NCBI GenBank assembly: GCA_964496475.1
Contig: CAZBZS010000001.1
Location: 36,512 to 100,511, forward strand
DNA from: an uncultured Chloroflexota bacterium
Lineage (GTDB): Bacteria > Chloroflexota > UBA11872 > VXNJ01
Direction of reading: 5' to 3'
DNA length: 64,000 bases
Shown here: in pieces, positions 1 through 8,997 of the stretch
How positions within the stretch are numbered: the first letter of the stretch is position 1
Layout: each line of letters starts with the position of its first letter
Notes under the pieces: model-generated
The model's input: the letters and a program-made list of their open reading frames with translations, nothing else
Database searches by the model: none
What the model was told of the DNA's origin: nothing
Program-made: the position numbers and the translations under genes

Positions 1-555
1 GCCAACGAAGATGCCAAGGCGGATGAGGCCCTCAATGAGATTACTGAGGAAGTCGGACTGAACCAGATCATCGGTGAAGCTGGTCAGCAGAATCGGGAGA
101 ACGAAGAAAAGCGCGATACCAAAAATCATTCCGAACGCCAGCATTCCCCACACTGCCCCTCCGGGGCCTTCCTCTGAACTGTCGGCCTCGGAGTCGTCGG
201 CGGGCGCGTCGGCAATAGGAGAAGAGGCGGCCGAGGCGTCGGTTTGTCCGCTGGATTCAGCAGACGAGGCGCCGGAGGCGTCTTCGAGGCTGATGTTGGC
301 CGAGAAGGCCAGGGTTCGCATCCCCATGGCCAGGACGTCCCAAAGAACGGCTACACCTCGCATAACGGGGACTCGCCGGAGCAAGCGGGCGACACGTCCG
401 AGGACGACGTCTTCGGTTTTGACCACGATGTGCCCCGCGGGATGCCGCACGGCGACGGCCATGCGGCGACGGCTGCGCATCATAACGCCTTCCATGACGG
501 CCTGCCCGCCGTAGGAAATCCGTTCCTCGCGGCTCTGTGGTTCGGCCGTGGCCAT
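1..555 (-). CDS. DUF1385-family protein (YqhQ-like), 3' end beyond window
   Basis: Minus-strand translation from the ATG at 555 reads MATAEPQSREERISYGGQAVMEGVMMRSRRR..., then an acidic linker and TM segment MIFGIALFFVLPILL, with no stop before position 1. The YGGQAVMEGVMMR motif is typical of DUF1385. It is absent from the ORF track because it runs off the edge. Confidence 0.6.
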   Translation of the reverse strand, partial: MATAEPQSREERISYGGQAVMEGVMMRSRRRMAVAVRHPAGHIVVKTEDVVLGRVARLLRRVPVMRGVAVLWDVLAMGMRTLAFSANISLEDASGASSAESSGQTDASAASSPIADAPADDSEADSSEEGPGGAVWGMLAFGMIFGIALFFVLPILLTSFTDDLVQSDFLSNLIEGLIRLGIFVG

Positions 556-582
556 CAGCTGAAATCTCTCAACGGATCGTTA

Positions 583-626
583 CCAAAATAGAAAAGGTCC
601 CGGCGCCGACGGGCGGACCGGGACCT
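583..626 (-). terminator. Rho-independent terminator downstream of rpmE
   Basis: 8-bp GC stem GGTCCCGG (596-603) pairs with CCGGGACC (618-625) around a 14-nt loop. On the minus-strand transcript it is followed by TTTTCTATTTTGG, immediately after the rpmE stop. Confidence 0.6.
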
Positions 627-634
627 GAACGGAG

Positions 635-997
635 TTAGGCTTCGGCGGTGGCTTCAGCAGTGGCTTTGGAAGGCGCTTCGCTAGTGACTTCCGCGGGAGT
701 GTCCGCGGGAGCCTCAGCAGTGACTTCGGTCGGAGTTTTGGCCGCCTGCTTCGCCGGCGCCTTGGCGCTCGCTTCGGCAGTTACTTCCGGGACGGTGGCC
801 TTCTTCTCGAGGCGGCGGTTGAACCGCTCGACCTGACCGGCGGTGTCCACCAAGCGCTGGGTACCGGTGAAATACGGGTGGCAATTCGAGCATATATCGA
901 CGTGCATCGCCTCGCTGGTGGAAAGCGTTACGAACGTGTTCCCACACGAGCAGGTGACGACGCAGTCCACCATCTCCGGGTGGATACCTAGCTTCAT
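635..997 (-). CDS. rpmE: 50S ribosomal protein L31 (zinc-binding type) with a long low-complexity C-terminal tail
   Basis: MKLGIHPEMVDCVVTCSCGNTF...CSNCHPYFTG is the L31 signature with CxC...CxxC. The C-terminal ~55 aa are A/E/T/P-rich EVTAEA-type repeats. Confidence 0.9.
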   Translation of the reverse strand: MKLGIHPEMVDCVVTCSCGNTFVTLSTSEAMHVDICSNCHPYFTGTQRLVDTAGQVERFNRRLEKKATVPEVTAEASAKAPAKQAAKTPTEVTAEAPADTPAEVTSEAPSKATAEATAEA

Positions 998-1077
998 CTT
1001 TTCTTCCTTTTTTCCGGGGTGTCGCTGACTGGCGAGACCTACATTTTACCACTTTCCCCACCTGTGTTTGTGAGAAA

Positions 1078-2043
1078 TCAGTCGCTTGCCTCGGACCGGG
1101 TCGCGCCGCCGGGATCCGGTTCGCCGGGGTCGGTGCGGGCGAGGATCAGCAGGATCGCAACCATCAGCACGGCCACCGCGCCCAGGGCCATCAACTTTTC
1201 CAGCTTATGGAGGTAAAGGGCGATCAGGCCGAAGCCGGCGGATACTGCGTAATACGCGAGTACGACAACCGGTTGCGGCAGACCGGCGCGCAGGAGCCGG
1301 TGGTGCAGGTGATCGGTATCCCGCCGCGAGACCGCGCCACCGGCGCGCCAACGGCGAATGACGGCCCAGGCTACGTCGAGGATCGGGATGCCAAGCACGA
1401 GCAAAGCGGTGGCGATCTTGGCGCCGCCGATGACCGCGAGGACCGCTATGGCGTACCCGAGCAGATGGGCGCCGGAGTCGCCAAGGAAGATCGAGGCACG
1501 GAAGAAATTGAAGGGAAGAAATCCCAGCGTGGCGGCGATCAAGGCGATGCCGATGGTGGCGATGACTGGCTGGCCAAGCTGGATCGAAAGCACGACCAGA
1601 ATCGCCGTGCCGATAGCGGCGACACCGGGGGCGAGCCCGTCGACGCCGTCGAGGAAATTGATCGCGTTCATCATTCCGGCCGTCCAGATGAGGGTGACCG
1701 GAACTGCTGCGAAGATGGGAAGAAAAAGAATGCCGCCGAAAGGATCGCTGACCCCGTCGATTCGGATGCCGAAGGCGATGGGGATGGCGGCCGCAACGAT
1801 CTGGCCGAGCAGTTTGTCCCGAGGGTTGAGTTCGCGGAAGTCGTCGACCAGCGCGAAGCCGACCGCCACGACGGCTCCGAGCAGCAGCCCGACCATCCGG
1901 CCGTCCAGGGGCACCGCGACGAGCACGGCGGCGGCGAAGCCCCCCAGGATCGCCACTCCGCCGAGCTGGGGCACCGGGCGGCGGTGGATGCGGCCCGGTC
2001 CCGGATGCACGAGCCAGCCGAATAGATTGGCCAGACGGCGCAC
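1078..2043 (-). CDS. Glycosyltransferase family 4 (WecA/MraY-like UDP-HexNAc:undecaprenyl-phosphate HexNAc-1-P transferase)
   Basis: Polytopic membrane protein with the NAINFLDGVDGLA and DxxHLHHRLL motifs. The real start may lie a few codons upstream at a non-ATG codon. Confidence 0.85.
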   Translation of the reverse strand: MRRLANLFGWLVHPGPGRIHRRPVPQLGGVAILGGFAAAVLVAVPLDGRMVGLLLGAVVAVGFALVDDFRELNPRDKLLGQIVAAAIPIAFGIRIDGVSDPFGGILFLPIFAAVPVTLIWTAGMMNAINFLDGVDGLAPGVAAIGTAILVVLSIQLGQPVIATIGIALIAATLGFLPFNFFRASIFLGDSGAHLLGYAIAVLAVIGGAKIATALLVLGIPILDVAWAVIRRWRAGGAVSRRDTDHLHHRLLRAGLPQPVVVLAYYAVSAGFGLIALYLHKLEKLMALGAVAVLMVAILLILARTDPGEPDPGGATRSEASD

Positions 2044-2452
2044 CAGCAGGGTCCCGACCAGACCGACAGGGAAGGCGATGGCGGCGGCGAGCCAGTTGAC
2101 GTCGCTCAGGGTTCACCTCGCAAGTGGTGGGGGCTATCGCCTAGCAGTATAGGAACAGAGGGAATATGTGACGGTGGCGGAAGATAATATTCGGCGGTGG
2201 GACCTCTGCTCGTAGATGAATGGGCCCTAGTATTCGTACTCACGCTGCTCTTGTGGTTGGTCGGCTTCTTTCGTCGGTCGATCGCAAAGGTCTGGCGAGG
2301 CGTGTTCAAGGCCCGTCCGCCGCGCTCTTCACCGCCGCGGCGGCGTCGCGGTTGGAAAAGAGCAGTCCGCAGGATAGGCGGAGAGGTGGATTTCGGCTAG
2401 ATTCTCTAAACTCTGCGCCAGACGCACAATACGGACCAGGAGACGGGCCAGA

Positions 2453-3673
2453 ATGGCAGTATTTGAAATTCCGATCCACGATCATACGGAGAAGGTCGAA
2501 TTCCCGGAGGGCTGGCAGATACATCACGCTCCGATCGCCGACGTCCCGACGCTGGGGCCGGACCAGATGCGGGCGGCCCTGGCAAATCCGATCGGTACGG
2601 AGCGACTGTCGAGCCTGGCGAAGGGCAAGGGCAACGTGGTCGTGGTCGTGGACGACAACACCCGCCCGACGCCGGCGTGGCAGTTTCTGCCGTACGTGAT
2701 TGAGGAGTTGCAGGCCGGAGGAGTGGCCGATTCCCAGATAACGATACTGGCTGGGCTGGCGCTGCACCGACCAATGACGCTGGGGGAATTCCGCCGGAAA
2801 GTTGGGCAGGCGATCGTGGACGGGTACCAGTGCTTAAACCCGTCGCCTTGGGACGATCTGGTGGATCTGGGAACGACGGATGCCGGGGTGCCGGTGAGAA
2901 TGAACGTGGACTATGTGGAAGCCGACCTGCGGGTCACCTGTGGTGGGATCATTCCCCATCCGGGGGCGGGCTTTGGGGGCGGGGCGAAGCTGACCATGCC
3001 CGGCGTTTGCAGCTACGAAACGATCTCGGATCACCACGTGACGGGCCGATTTAGCCACCAGGCAAAGCGGGGAGACGTTGAGGGGAATTCGTTCCGGGTG
3101 GAGATAGAGAACATTGCTGCGTTCTGCCCGCCGGATTTCCTGGTCAACCCGGCCCTGAATCGGGAGCTGCGGGTGGCCGGGTTGTTTTGCGGGCATTACA
3201 TCGAGGCGCATCGGGCCGGGATCGAACTGGGAAAAAAGATCTATTCAGTGGATGCCGTCCCGAACGCGGACCTGGCGGTCATCTGCGGGTCGCCGCAAGA
3301 CTCGGAGTTGGTGCAGGGGATGAAATCGCTGGCGAACGGGTTTGGTGCAATTCACAGCGTGCGGGCGGATGGCGCGGTGCTCTACACGGCGGACGCGGAA
3401 GAAGGATACGGATTTCACCAGCTACGCGAGCACGCGCGGCGTTCGAACCGGACGGAACGGAACGCTAGGCCAGAGCACTACCGCGATCGAGAGATGATTT
3501 GTTATTCGCCGAAGGTAAGCCCGGCGGAATTCAAAGAGGAAGCGCCTGAAGGCTTCACGCTGTTTCGCGATCTGGGAGACGCCATGGAGGCGCTGGCGTC
3601 GCGAGCCGGCGGCAAGAGGCCGGTCGTGAACGTCTTTCCCCAGGGGCCGATAAGCCTGTACACACCCGGGTAG
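2453..3673 (+). CDS. LarA-like (lactate racemase N-terminal domain/DUF2088) family protein
   Basis: 406 aa. Length and overall pattern of conserved His/Asp/Lys residues resemble nickel-pincer lactate-racemase-type proteins. This is a family-level call from memory only. Confidence 0.5.
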   Translation: MAVFEIPIHDHTEKVEFPEGWQIHHAPIADVPTLGPDQMRAALANPIGTERLSSLAKGKGNVVVVVDDNTRPTPAWQFLPYVIEELQAGGVADSQITILAGLALHRPMTLGEFRRKVGQAIVDGYQCLNPSPWDDLVDLGTTDAGVPVRMNVDYVEADLRVTCGGIIPHPGAGFGGGAKLTMPGVCSYETISDHHVTGRFSHQAKRGDVEGNSFRVEIENIAAFCPPDFLVNPALNRELRVAGLFCGHYIEAHRAGIELGKKIYSVDAVPNADLAVICGSPQDSELVQGMKSLANGFGAIHSVRADGAVLYTADAEEGYGFHQLREHARRSNRTERNARPEHYRDREMICYSPKVSPAEFKEEAPEGFTLFRDLGDAMEALASRAGGKRPVVNVFPQGPISLYTPG

Positions 3674-4132
3674 CGGGAACGCGCGAAAGCCGCTGCCCGG
3701 TCGGTAGAGCTTTGATTAAAATGAACCTGCCTCCCGCGATTTAGCTCACGACGATCGGTGACGGCGGAGGCGGCGTCCAGCGCTGACGGAAGCCATGTCG
3801 CCCCCAGAAGACCGGCCAGTGCCGACCTGAATTCCAGACGACCTCAAACAACGCCCGGCCAGAGTCCAGACCGGTCAGCAATGCCAATATAGCGCTTTCG
3901 TCCAAGGTCGGACAGGGCGACGGGAGCCAGCCACAATTCACCAACTAGATTCCTGCCCGTACGGCAGGTCGGTCGCTGATTGGGGCCAGGCGCATCCCGC
4001 CGATTCGGGAGACGTAAACCGTGAAAACTGTCAGCCCATCAATTTCCAGACCGCAAGCGGCGGTTTGAGCATTGCACGATTGACCCGTAGCAAGGTTTTC
4101 GGGGCGGTTGAACTCTGTTCTCCGGAAACTGG

Positions 4133-4162
4133 TTGACCCTGTATAGAGGCCAAATCTATACT
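4133..4162 (+). promoter_or_regulatory. Sigma-70-like promoter candidate for rpsU
   Basis: TTGACC (4133-4138), an 18-bp spacer, then TATACT (4157-4162), about 110 nt upstream of the rpsU start. A GC-rich structured leader follows. Confidence 0.4.
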
Positions 4163-4272
4163 TGTCTGGGATACGTGCGGTGGGCGGACGGGCCGGTAGC
4201 GGGCCAGATTCGATCAGGCCCCGTCGCGCCCGACGGGCCGAATACTGCCGCCGCCCTACCGTGGAGAAGCAT

Positions 4273-4494
4273 TTGACGGAAGTAATGTTCCGGCCGAACG
4301 AGTCGTTTGAAGCCGGTTTACGTCGATTCAATAAACGGGTCCAGCAGGACGGTGTCTTGGCGGAATCGCGACGCCGCAAGCAGTTTGAGAAGCCAAGCGT
4401 GCGTCGCAAGAAGAAGCAGGCGGCCCGCGCCCGCAAGGCCCGCCGAGCGGCAATGAAGGCCGCACGGCAGATCAACCGTGAATATGCGTTTTAA
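4273..4494 (+). CDS. rpsU: 30S ribosomal protein S21
   Basis: A TTG start gives MTEVMFRPNESFEAGLRRFNKR...EKPSVRRKKK, which aligns with the S21 consensus [21 protein letters not shown]. Alternative ATG at 4285. The ORF-track start at 4162 is an upstream extension. Confidence 0.85.
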   Translation: MTEVMFRPNESFEAGLRRFNKRVQQDGVLAESRRRKQFEKPSVRRKKKQAARARKARRAAMKAARQINREYAF

Positions 4495-4532
4495 GAGTCC
4501 CCGTCTCACCGCGTAAGCCGTAGCCACCGCCG

Positions 4533-4985
4533 ATGGGCATCGCCGAGAGCCTCTACGACGAGCTGAAGCAGGCGATGCGCGACCGGGATAAGCCCCGGAT
4601 CATCGCGCTGCGCAATATCCGCGACGGTCTGCAGAAGGCGGAGAAGGTTAAGCTCGAACCGCTTACCGAAGACGAGCTCGTCCAGAACCTCGCCCGCCAG
4701 GCCAAGCGCTGCCGCGACGCGGTCGAAGAATTCAAGCAGGCCGAACGTGCGGACATGGTCGCGAAGGAGGAGGCCGAGATGGCGCTCATCCTGAAATACC
4801 TGCCCAAGCAGGTGGGTCGAGAAGAGGTGGCGGCAGCGGCGCGAGAAATCATCGTCCGGGTGGGGGCGGAGTCGCGCTCTGATATGGGCAAGGTGATGGG
4901 GCCGCTGATGGGGCGATTCAAAGGGGCTGCGGACGGCGGCCTCGTAAGCCAGGTCGTCGGGAAGCTGCTCGACGGCGCGGAGTAG
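4533..4985 (+). CDS. GatB/YqeY domain protein
   Basis: 150 aa with a YqeY-like sequence. Sits in the classic rpsU-yqeY position. Confidence 0.8.
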   Translation: MGIAESLYDELKQAMRDRDKPRIIALRNIRDGLQKAEKVKLEPLTEDELVQNLARQAKRCRDAVEEFKQAERADMVAKEEAEMALILKYLPKQVGREEVAAAAREIIVRVGAESRSDMGKVMGPLMGRFKGAADGGLVSQVVGKLLDGAE

Positions 4986-5000
4986 GCAGTCGCGCGGCCG

Positions 5001-5441
5001 GTGGCGGTAGCCGTGGAAATCGAAATTGACCTATCGGCGGAGGAAGCCCGGGCGCTGACGAAATTGGTCGAAAACACTTGTGCGAAGACGGTGGGGTTGC
5101 ACGGTGAGGGTGACCCGGAGATGGCCTGCGTGATCGTCGACGCGGACCGGCTGCACGACCTGAATAAGAGATTCCGTGAGGTGGACAAACCCACGGACGT
5201 GCTGGCTTTTCCAGATGGCGAGGGGGCCGGGGGCGACATCGTGATCGCGCTGGACATCGCGAGCGTGCACGCTCAGGAGGCGGGCTGGTCGCGAGAGCGC
5301 GAGGTGGCTTACCTGGTCGCCCATGCGACCCTGCATCTGCTGGGTCACGATCATGACGACGACGCTGCCTACCGCCGCATGCGCCTGGCGGAGGAGCAGG
5401 TATTGGAAGCTCTGGGCTACAGGCGAACGGAGGACCATTGA
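5001..5441 (+). CDS. ybeY: Endoribonuclease YbeY (rRNA maturation factor)
   Basis: HATLHLLGHDHDDD is the HxxxHxxGxxH zinc motif of the YbeY family. 146 aa. Confidence 0.9.
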   Translation: MAVAVEIEIDLSAEEARALTKLVENTCAKTVGLHGEGDPEMACVIVDADRLHDLNKRFREVDKPTDVLAFPDGEGAGGDIVIALDIASVHAQEAGWSREREVAYLVAHATLHLLGHDHDDDAAYRRMRLAEEQVLEALGYRRTEDH

Positions 5442-6358
5442 CCGGGATGGGCCGACGATCCGAGCGCGAAGTGCGCGTGCGCTCGTACGCGAAGATCAAC
5501 CTGGGACTGGAAATCACGTCGCGGCGGGACGACGGGTACCACGAACTGGTCTCGGTGATGCAGGCGGTGAATCTGGCGGACACCTTGATTTTCATCCCGG
5601 CGGATGAGATTTCGGTGGATTCGGGTGTTGCCGGATTGAACCAGCGGGACGACTTGATCTGGAAAGCAGCGACAGCGCTGCGCGAGGCTGCCGGGGTCGG
5701 GCACGGTATCCACATCCTGTCCGAAAAAGAGCTCCCATCGCGGGCGGGGTTGGGCGGGGGAAGCTCAAATTGCGCCGCGACTCTCGTTGCGCTGAACGAG
5801 ATCTGGGAAGCCGGACTGCCAGTGGAAAAACTGGCGGAGATCGCCGCAGAGCTGGGGTCGGATCCGGCGTTCTTCATGTACGGTGGGACGGCGCTGACGC
5901 GGGGGCGAGGGGAGCTTGTGCAGCCGCTCCCGAATACTCCGCCGCGCTGGATCGTGCTGGCGAGGCCGGAGGAGTCGCTGAGCACGCCGGCGGTCTATGC
6001 CGAGTTGCGGGCGGACGAACACAGCGACGGCGCGGCGACGCTGGCGCTGGCGGCGGGACTAACGGAGGGCCGGCTGGACTACGACCTGATGCACAACAAC
6101 CTTGCTCCGGCAGCGCTGCGGCTCTGCCCGGCGATGCAGGGGGTGCTAGACGTGCTGCAGGAGTCGAGCGACTTCGCGATGGTATCGGGCAGCGGCAGCG
6201 CGTGCTTCGGTCTGTTTGCTGACCGGTCCGCAGCGCTGGAGACAATGGAGGTGTTCGAGGGTATCGGTCAATGGGTCCGGGTCTCTGAGTTTGTCCCGCG
6301 TCAATCGGTCGCGGACGCTGCGGATCACAGGTATGGCAACGAGGAAGGAGGGCGATAG
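5438..6358 (+). CDS. ispE: 4-diphosphocytidyl-2-C-methyl-D-erythritol kinase
   Basis: YAKINLGLEI start and the GHMP-kinase loop GLGGGSSNCAAT. Alternative ATG at 5447. Overlaps the ybeY stop. Confidence 0.9.
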   Translation: MTGMGRRSEREVRVRSYAKINLGLEITSRRDDGYHELVSVMQAVNLADTLIFIPADEISVDSGVAGLNQRDDLIWKAATALREAAGVGHGIHILSEKELPSRAGLGGGSSNCAATLVALNEIWEAGLPVEKLAEIAAELGSDPAFFMYGGTALTRGRGELVQPLPNTPPRWIVLARPEESLSTPAVYAELRADEHSDGAATLALAAGLTEGRLDYDLMHNNLAPAALRLCPAMQGVLDVLQESSDFAMVSGSGSACFGLFADRSAALETMEVFEGIGQWVRVSEFVPRQSVADAADHRYGNEEGGR

Positions 6359-6371
6359 AATTGACACTCGA

Positions 6372-6445
6372 TGGGGCGTCGCCAAGCGGTAAGGCACCGG
6401 CCTTTGGAGCCGGCATTCGTAGGTTCGAATCCTACCGCCCCAGCC
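6372..6445 (+). tRNA. tRNA-Gln (anticodon TTG)
   Basis: TGGGGCG acceptor pairs with CGCCCCA. D-arm GCCAAGCGGTAAGGC, anticodon stem-loop CCGGC-CTTTGGA-GCCGG, T-arm GTAGGTTCGAATCCTAC. Close to the E. coli tRNA-Gln sequence. Confidence 0.85.
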
Positions 6446-6570
6446 GGCGTCGCCGATAATCCCGCGTCGCCCATTGAATGAAGAGCGCATCGCGAGGTCG
6501 ATATCTGCGGCGGCGAAGTAAAAGCAGACGAAGGATCGCCCAGTTGAACGAGGACGGCGAAGGACCGGGC

Positions 6571-7932
6571 GTGGCGTGGGCCGCGGCGGTGATCCTGGCC
6601 GCTGGCAAAGGCACCCGTCTGAATTCCGCTCTGGCCAAGCCCCTGCACCCGGTGGCAGGGCGGCCGCTGCTGCAATTTTCGCTGGACCTGTGCGCTCAGG
6701 CCAGACTGGAACCGGTAGTTCTGGTGCACGACCCGGACGCAACGGACGTAGCCGGGCTGGCCGGGGACGGCATCACATGCGTACCCCAGCCAGCGGACGA
6801 CTACGGGACCGGACATGCGGTGAAAGCGGCGCTGGCGGGAATGGCGGAGGGCCCGGAAGCGACGGCCGTCCTTTATGCCGACACCCCTCTGTTGCGCTCC
6901 GAGACGGTGAGCGAACTAATCTCCCTCCGCGCCGGCAGCGGAGCGGCCATGGCGATACTGAGCTCGCGGTTGCACGACCCGAGCGGCTACGGGCGGATAG
7001 TGCGGAATGAATCCGGCGGGGTGACGGCGATCGTCGAATCCCATGTGGCCTCGAAGGAAGAACTACGGATCGACGAAACTAATACCGGGATCATGGTGTT
7101 TGACTCCCATTGGTTACGGGCAAACATCGGCGCGCTCAAGCCCGATCCGGAGAAGAGTGAGATCCTGCTAACGGACACCGTGGCGCTGGCCCTAACGCAG
7201 GGGAGAGCGGTGGAGTGTCTGACGCTTGCGGACCCGGCCGAGGGTATGGGCTGCGACGACCGGGCGGATCTGGCGGACGCGGAAGTGCGCCTGCGACGGC
7301 GAAAGCTGGAGGAATTAATGGCGGACGGTGTCCGCATCGAAGACCCGGCGGCGACTTACGTCGACTTGGACATCCAGATTGGGGCCGATACACGAATTCT
7401 AGCCGGTTGCCATTTGAGTGGATCGACGGTGATCGGAAGCCGCTGCGAAATCGGCCCGAACGCCCAGATCGCGGATTCGTCTATCGCGGACAGGTGCGAG
7501 GTGAACGCTTCTGTGATCAGCGGCGCTCGTGTGGCAACCGGTGCGAGCGTGGGTCCTTACGCGCATTTGCGGGCCGGCACAGTGCTTCATCACGGCGTTC
7601 ATATCGGAACCAGCAGCGAAGTGAAGAATTCGACCCTAGGAAACGGTACCATGATGGGCCACTTCGGCTACGTGGGAGACGCCGATTTGGGCGAGAACGT
7701 GAATATCGGAGCGGGTGCGGTGACCTGTAATTTCGACGGTGAGACGAAACACCGCACGATCGTTGGAGCGGGCACGTTTATCGGCAGCGGCAGCATGATC
7801 GTCGCACCGGCGAAAATCGGCAAGCGCGCATACATTGGCGCCGGTGCAGTGGTCACCCGGGACGTGGCCGACGGCGAAGTCGTGTACGGTGTGCCCGCGC
7901 GGCCGCGACCGGCGACAAGTAAGGGCGCCTGA
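6571..7932 (+). CDS. glmU: Bifunctional UDP-N-acetylglucosamine pyrophosphorylase / glucosamine-1-phosphate N-acetyltransferase
   Basis: AVILAAGKGTRL nucleotidyltransferase motif followed by left-handed beta-helix hexapeptide repeats. The ORF-track start at 6478 adds an R/K-rich extension, so the GTG at 6571 is more plausible. Confidence 0.9.
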   Translation: MAWAAAVILAAGKGTRLNSALAKPLHPVAGRPLLQFSLDLCAQARLEPVVLVHDPDATDVAGLAGDGITCVPQPADDYGTGHAVKAALAGMAEGPEATAVLYADTPLLRSETVSELISLRAGSGAAMAILSSRLHDPSGYGRIVRNESGGVTAIVESHVASKEELRIDETNTGIMVFDSHWLRANIGALKPDPEKSEILLTDTVALALTQGRAVECLTLADPAEGMGCDDRADLADAEVRLRRRKLEELMADGVRIEDPAATYVDLDIQIGADTRILAGCHLSGSTVIGSRCEIGPNAQIADSSIADRCEVNASVISGARVATGASVGPYAHLRAGTVLHHGVHIGTSSEVKNSTLGNGTMMGHFGYVGDADLGENVNIGAGAVTCNFDGETKHRTIVGAGTFIGSGSMIVAPAKIGKRAYIGAGAVVTRDVADGEVVYGVPARPRPATSKGA

Positions 7933-7950
7933 GCGGGTAGCCCGCGAATC

Positions 7951-8910
7951 GTGGGAGACAAATTGGACGGCAATCTACAGATATTCTCGGGTTCTGGCAG
8001 CGACGAGCTGGCCGGTGGCATTTGTGACGCACTGGGAATCCCACTTGGCCAGGCGCAGGTATCGCAATTTCCAAACCGGGAAACCCGCATCCAGATCGAA
8101 GAAAACGTACGCGGCCTGGACGTCTACATAGTGCAATCGATGTGCACGCCGGTTAACGATCACCTGATGCAGCTGCTGATCATGGTCGACGCGCTGCGCC
8201 GGGCTTCGGCCGACCGCATCACCGCCGTGATCCCGTACTTCGGCTATGCGCGGCAGGAGAAAAAGACCGCGGGTCGGGAGCCCATTTCGGCCAAGCTGGT
8301 GGCCAACCTGATCCAGGCCGCGGGCGCCGACCGCATAATCACTATGGACCTGCATGCTCCGGCGATCGAAGGCTTTTTCGACATTCCGGTGGATCACCTG
8401 CGCGCAGCCTCGATCCTGGTCGAGACGCTGAAGGAATTTGATATCGGATCGGAGGCGATAATCGGTTCCGCCGACGCGGGAGGCGTGGCGCGGGCCGAGG
8501 ACTTTGGCCGCCGTTTGGGAGCCGAGGACATATTCGTCAGCTTCAAGAAGCGCCACACCCCGGAGGATGTCACGCCGCTGCAACTGGTGGGAGACGTCAG
8601 CGGACGCACCGCCGTCCTGGTCGACGACATCATCTCGACGGGATCGTCACTGATGGCGGCCGCGCAGTCTCTGATGGAAAACGGCGCCGCGGAGGTGTAT
8701 GCCTGTGCCGTTCACGCCGATCTCACCGCCGGGGCCGTCCAGAACCTCCAGAACTCCATAATGAAGAGTGTCCTGGTAACCGACACAATTCCGGTCAGCG
8801 AATTCGCGAACGGCAGTAGTAAGATACGAGTGTGTACCACCGCGCCCCTGTTCGCGGAGGCTATCCGCAGAATTCACAATCACGAATCAGTCAGCGCGCT
8901 GTTCAACTGA
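7951..8910 (+). CDS. prs: Ribose-phosphate pyrophosphokinase
   Basis: LQIFSGSGSDELA, DVYIVQS and PYFGYARQEK motifs. 319 aa. In the conserved glmU-prs arrangement. Confidence 0.95.
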   Translation: MGDKLDGNLQIFSGSGSDELAGGICDALGIPLGQAQVSQFPNRETRIQIEENVRGLDVYIVQSMCTPVNDHLMQLLIMVDALRRASADRITAVIPYFGYARQEKKTAGREPISAKLVANLIQAAGADRIITMDLHAPAIEGFFDIPVDHLRAASILVETLKEFDIGSEAIIGSADAGGVARAEDFGRRLGAEDIFVSFKKRHTPEDVTPLQLVGDVSGRTAVLVDDIISTGSSLMAAAQSLMENGAAEVYACAVHADLTAGAVQNLQNSIMKSVLVTDTIPVSEFANGSSKIRVCTTAPLFAEAIRRIHNHESVSALFN

Positions 8911-8997
8911 TACCCTGCACTCCTGCATCGGTGCTGACAGCGAGCCCACCGTTGGCGCCCGACCGCGCGACGAAAACCAGGAGGTCGGTTCCTTTTC

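Noticed and set aside
1205-2152. Long overlapping ORFs (303 aa minus, 272 aa and 264 aa plus) across the wecA-like gene
   Set aside because: R/P/A/G-rich, low-complexity translations typical of alternative frames in 65% GC DNA. The frame with the GT4 transferase motifs is the real one.
3945-4475. 176-aa minus-strand ORF antisense to rpsU and its leader
   Set aside because: Arg-rich composition with no domain. Overlaps a confidently identified S21 gene and promoter.
4553-5985. 234-aa and 355-aa minus-strand ORFs over yqeY, ybeY and ispE
   Set aside because: Ser/Ala/Arg/Pro-rich antisense frames. The plus-strand genes have clear family motifs.
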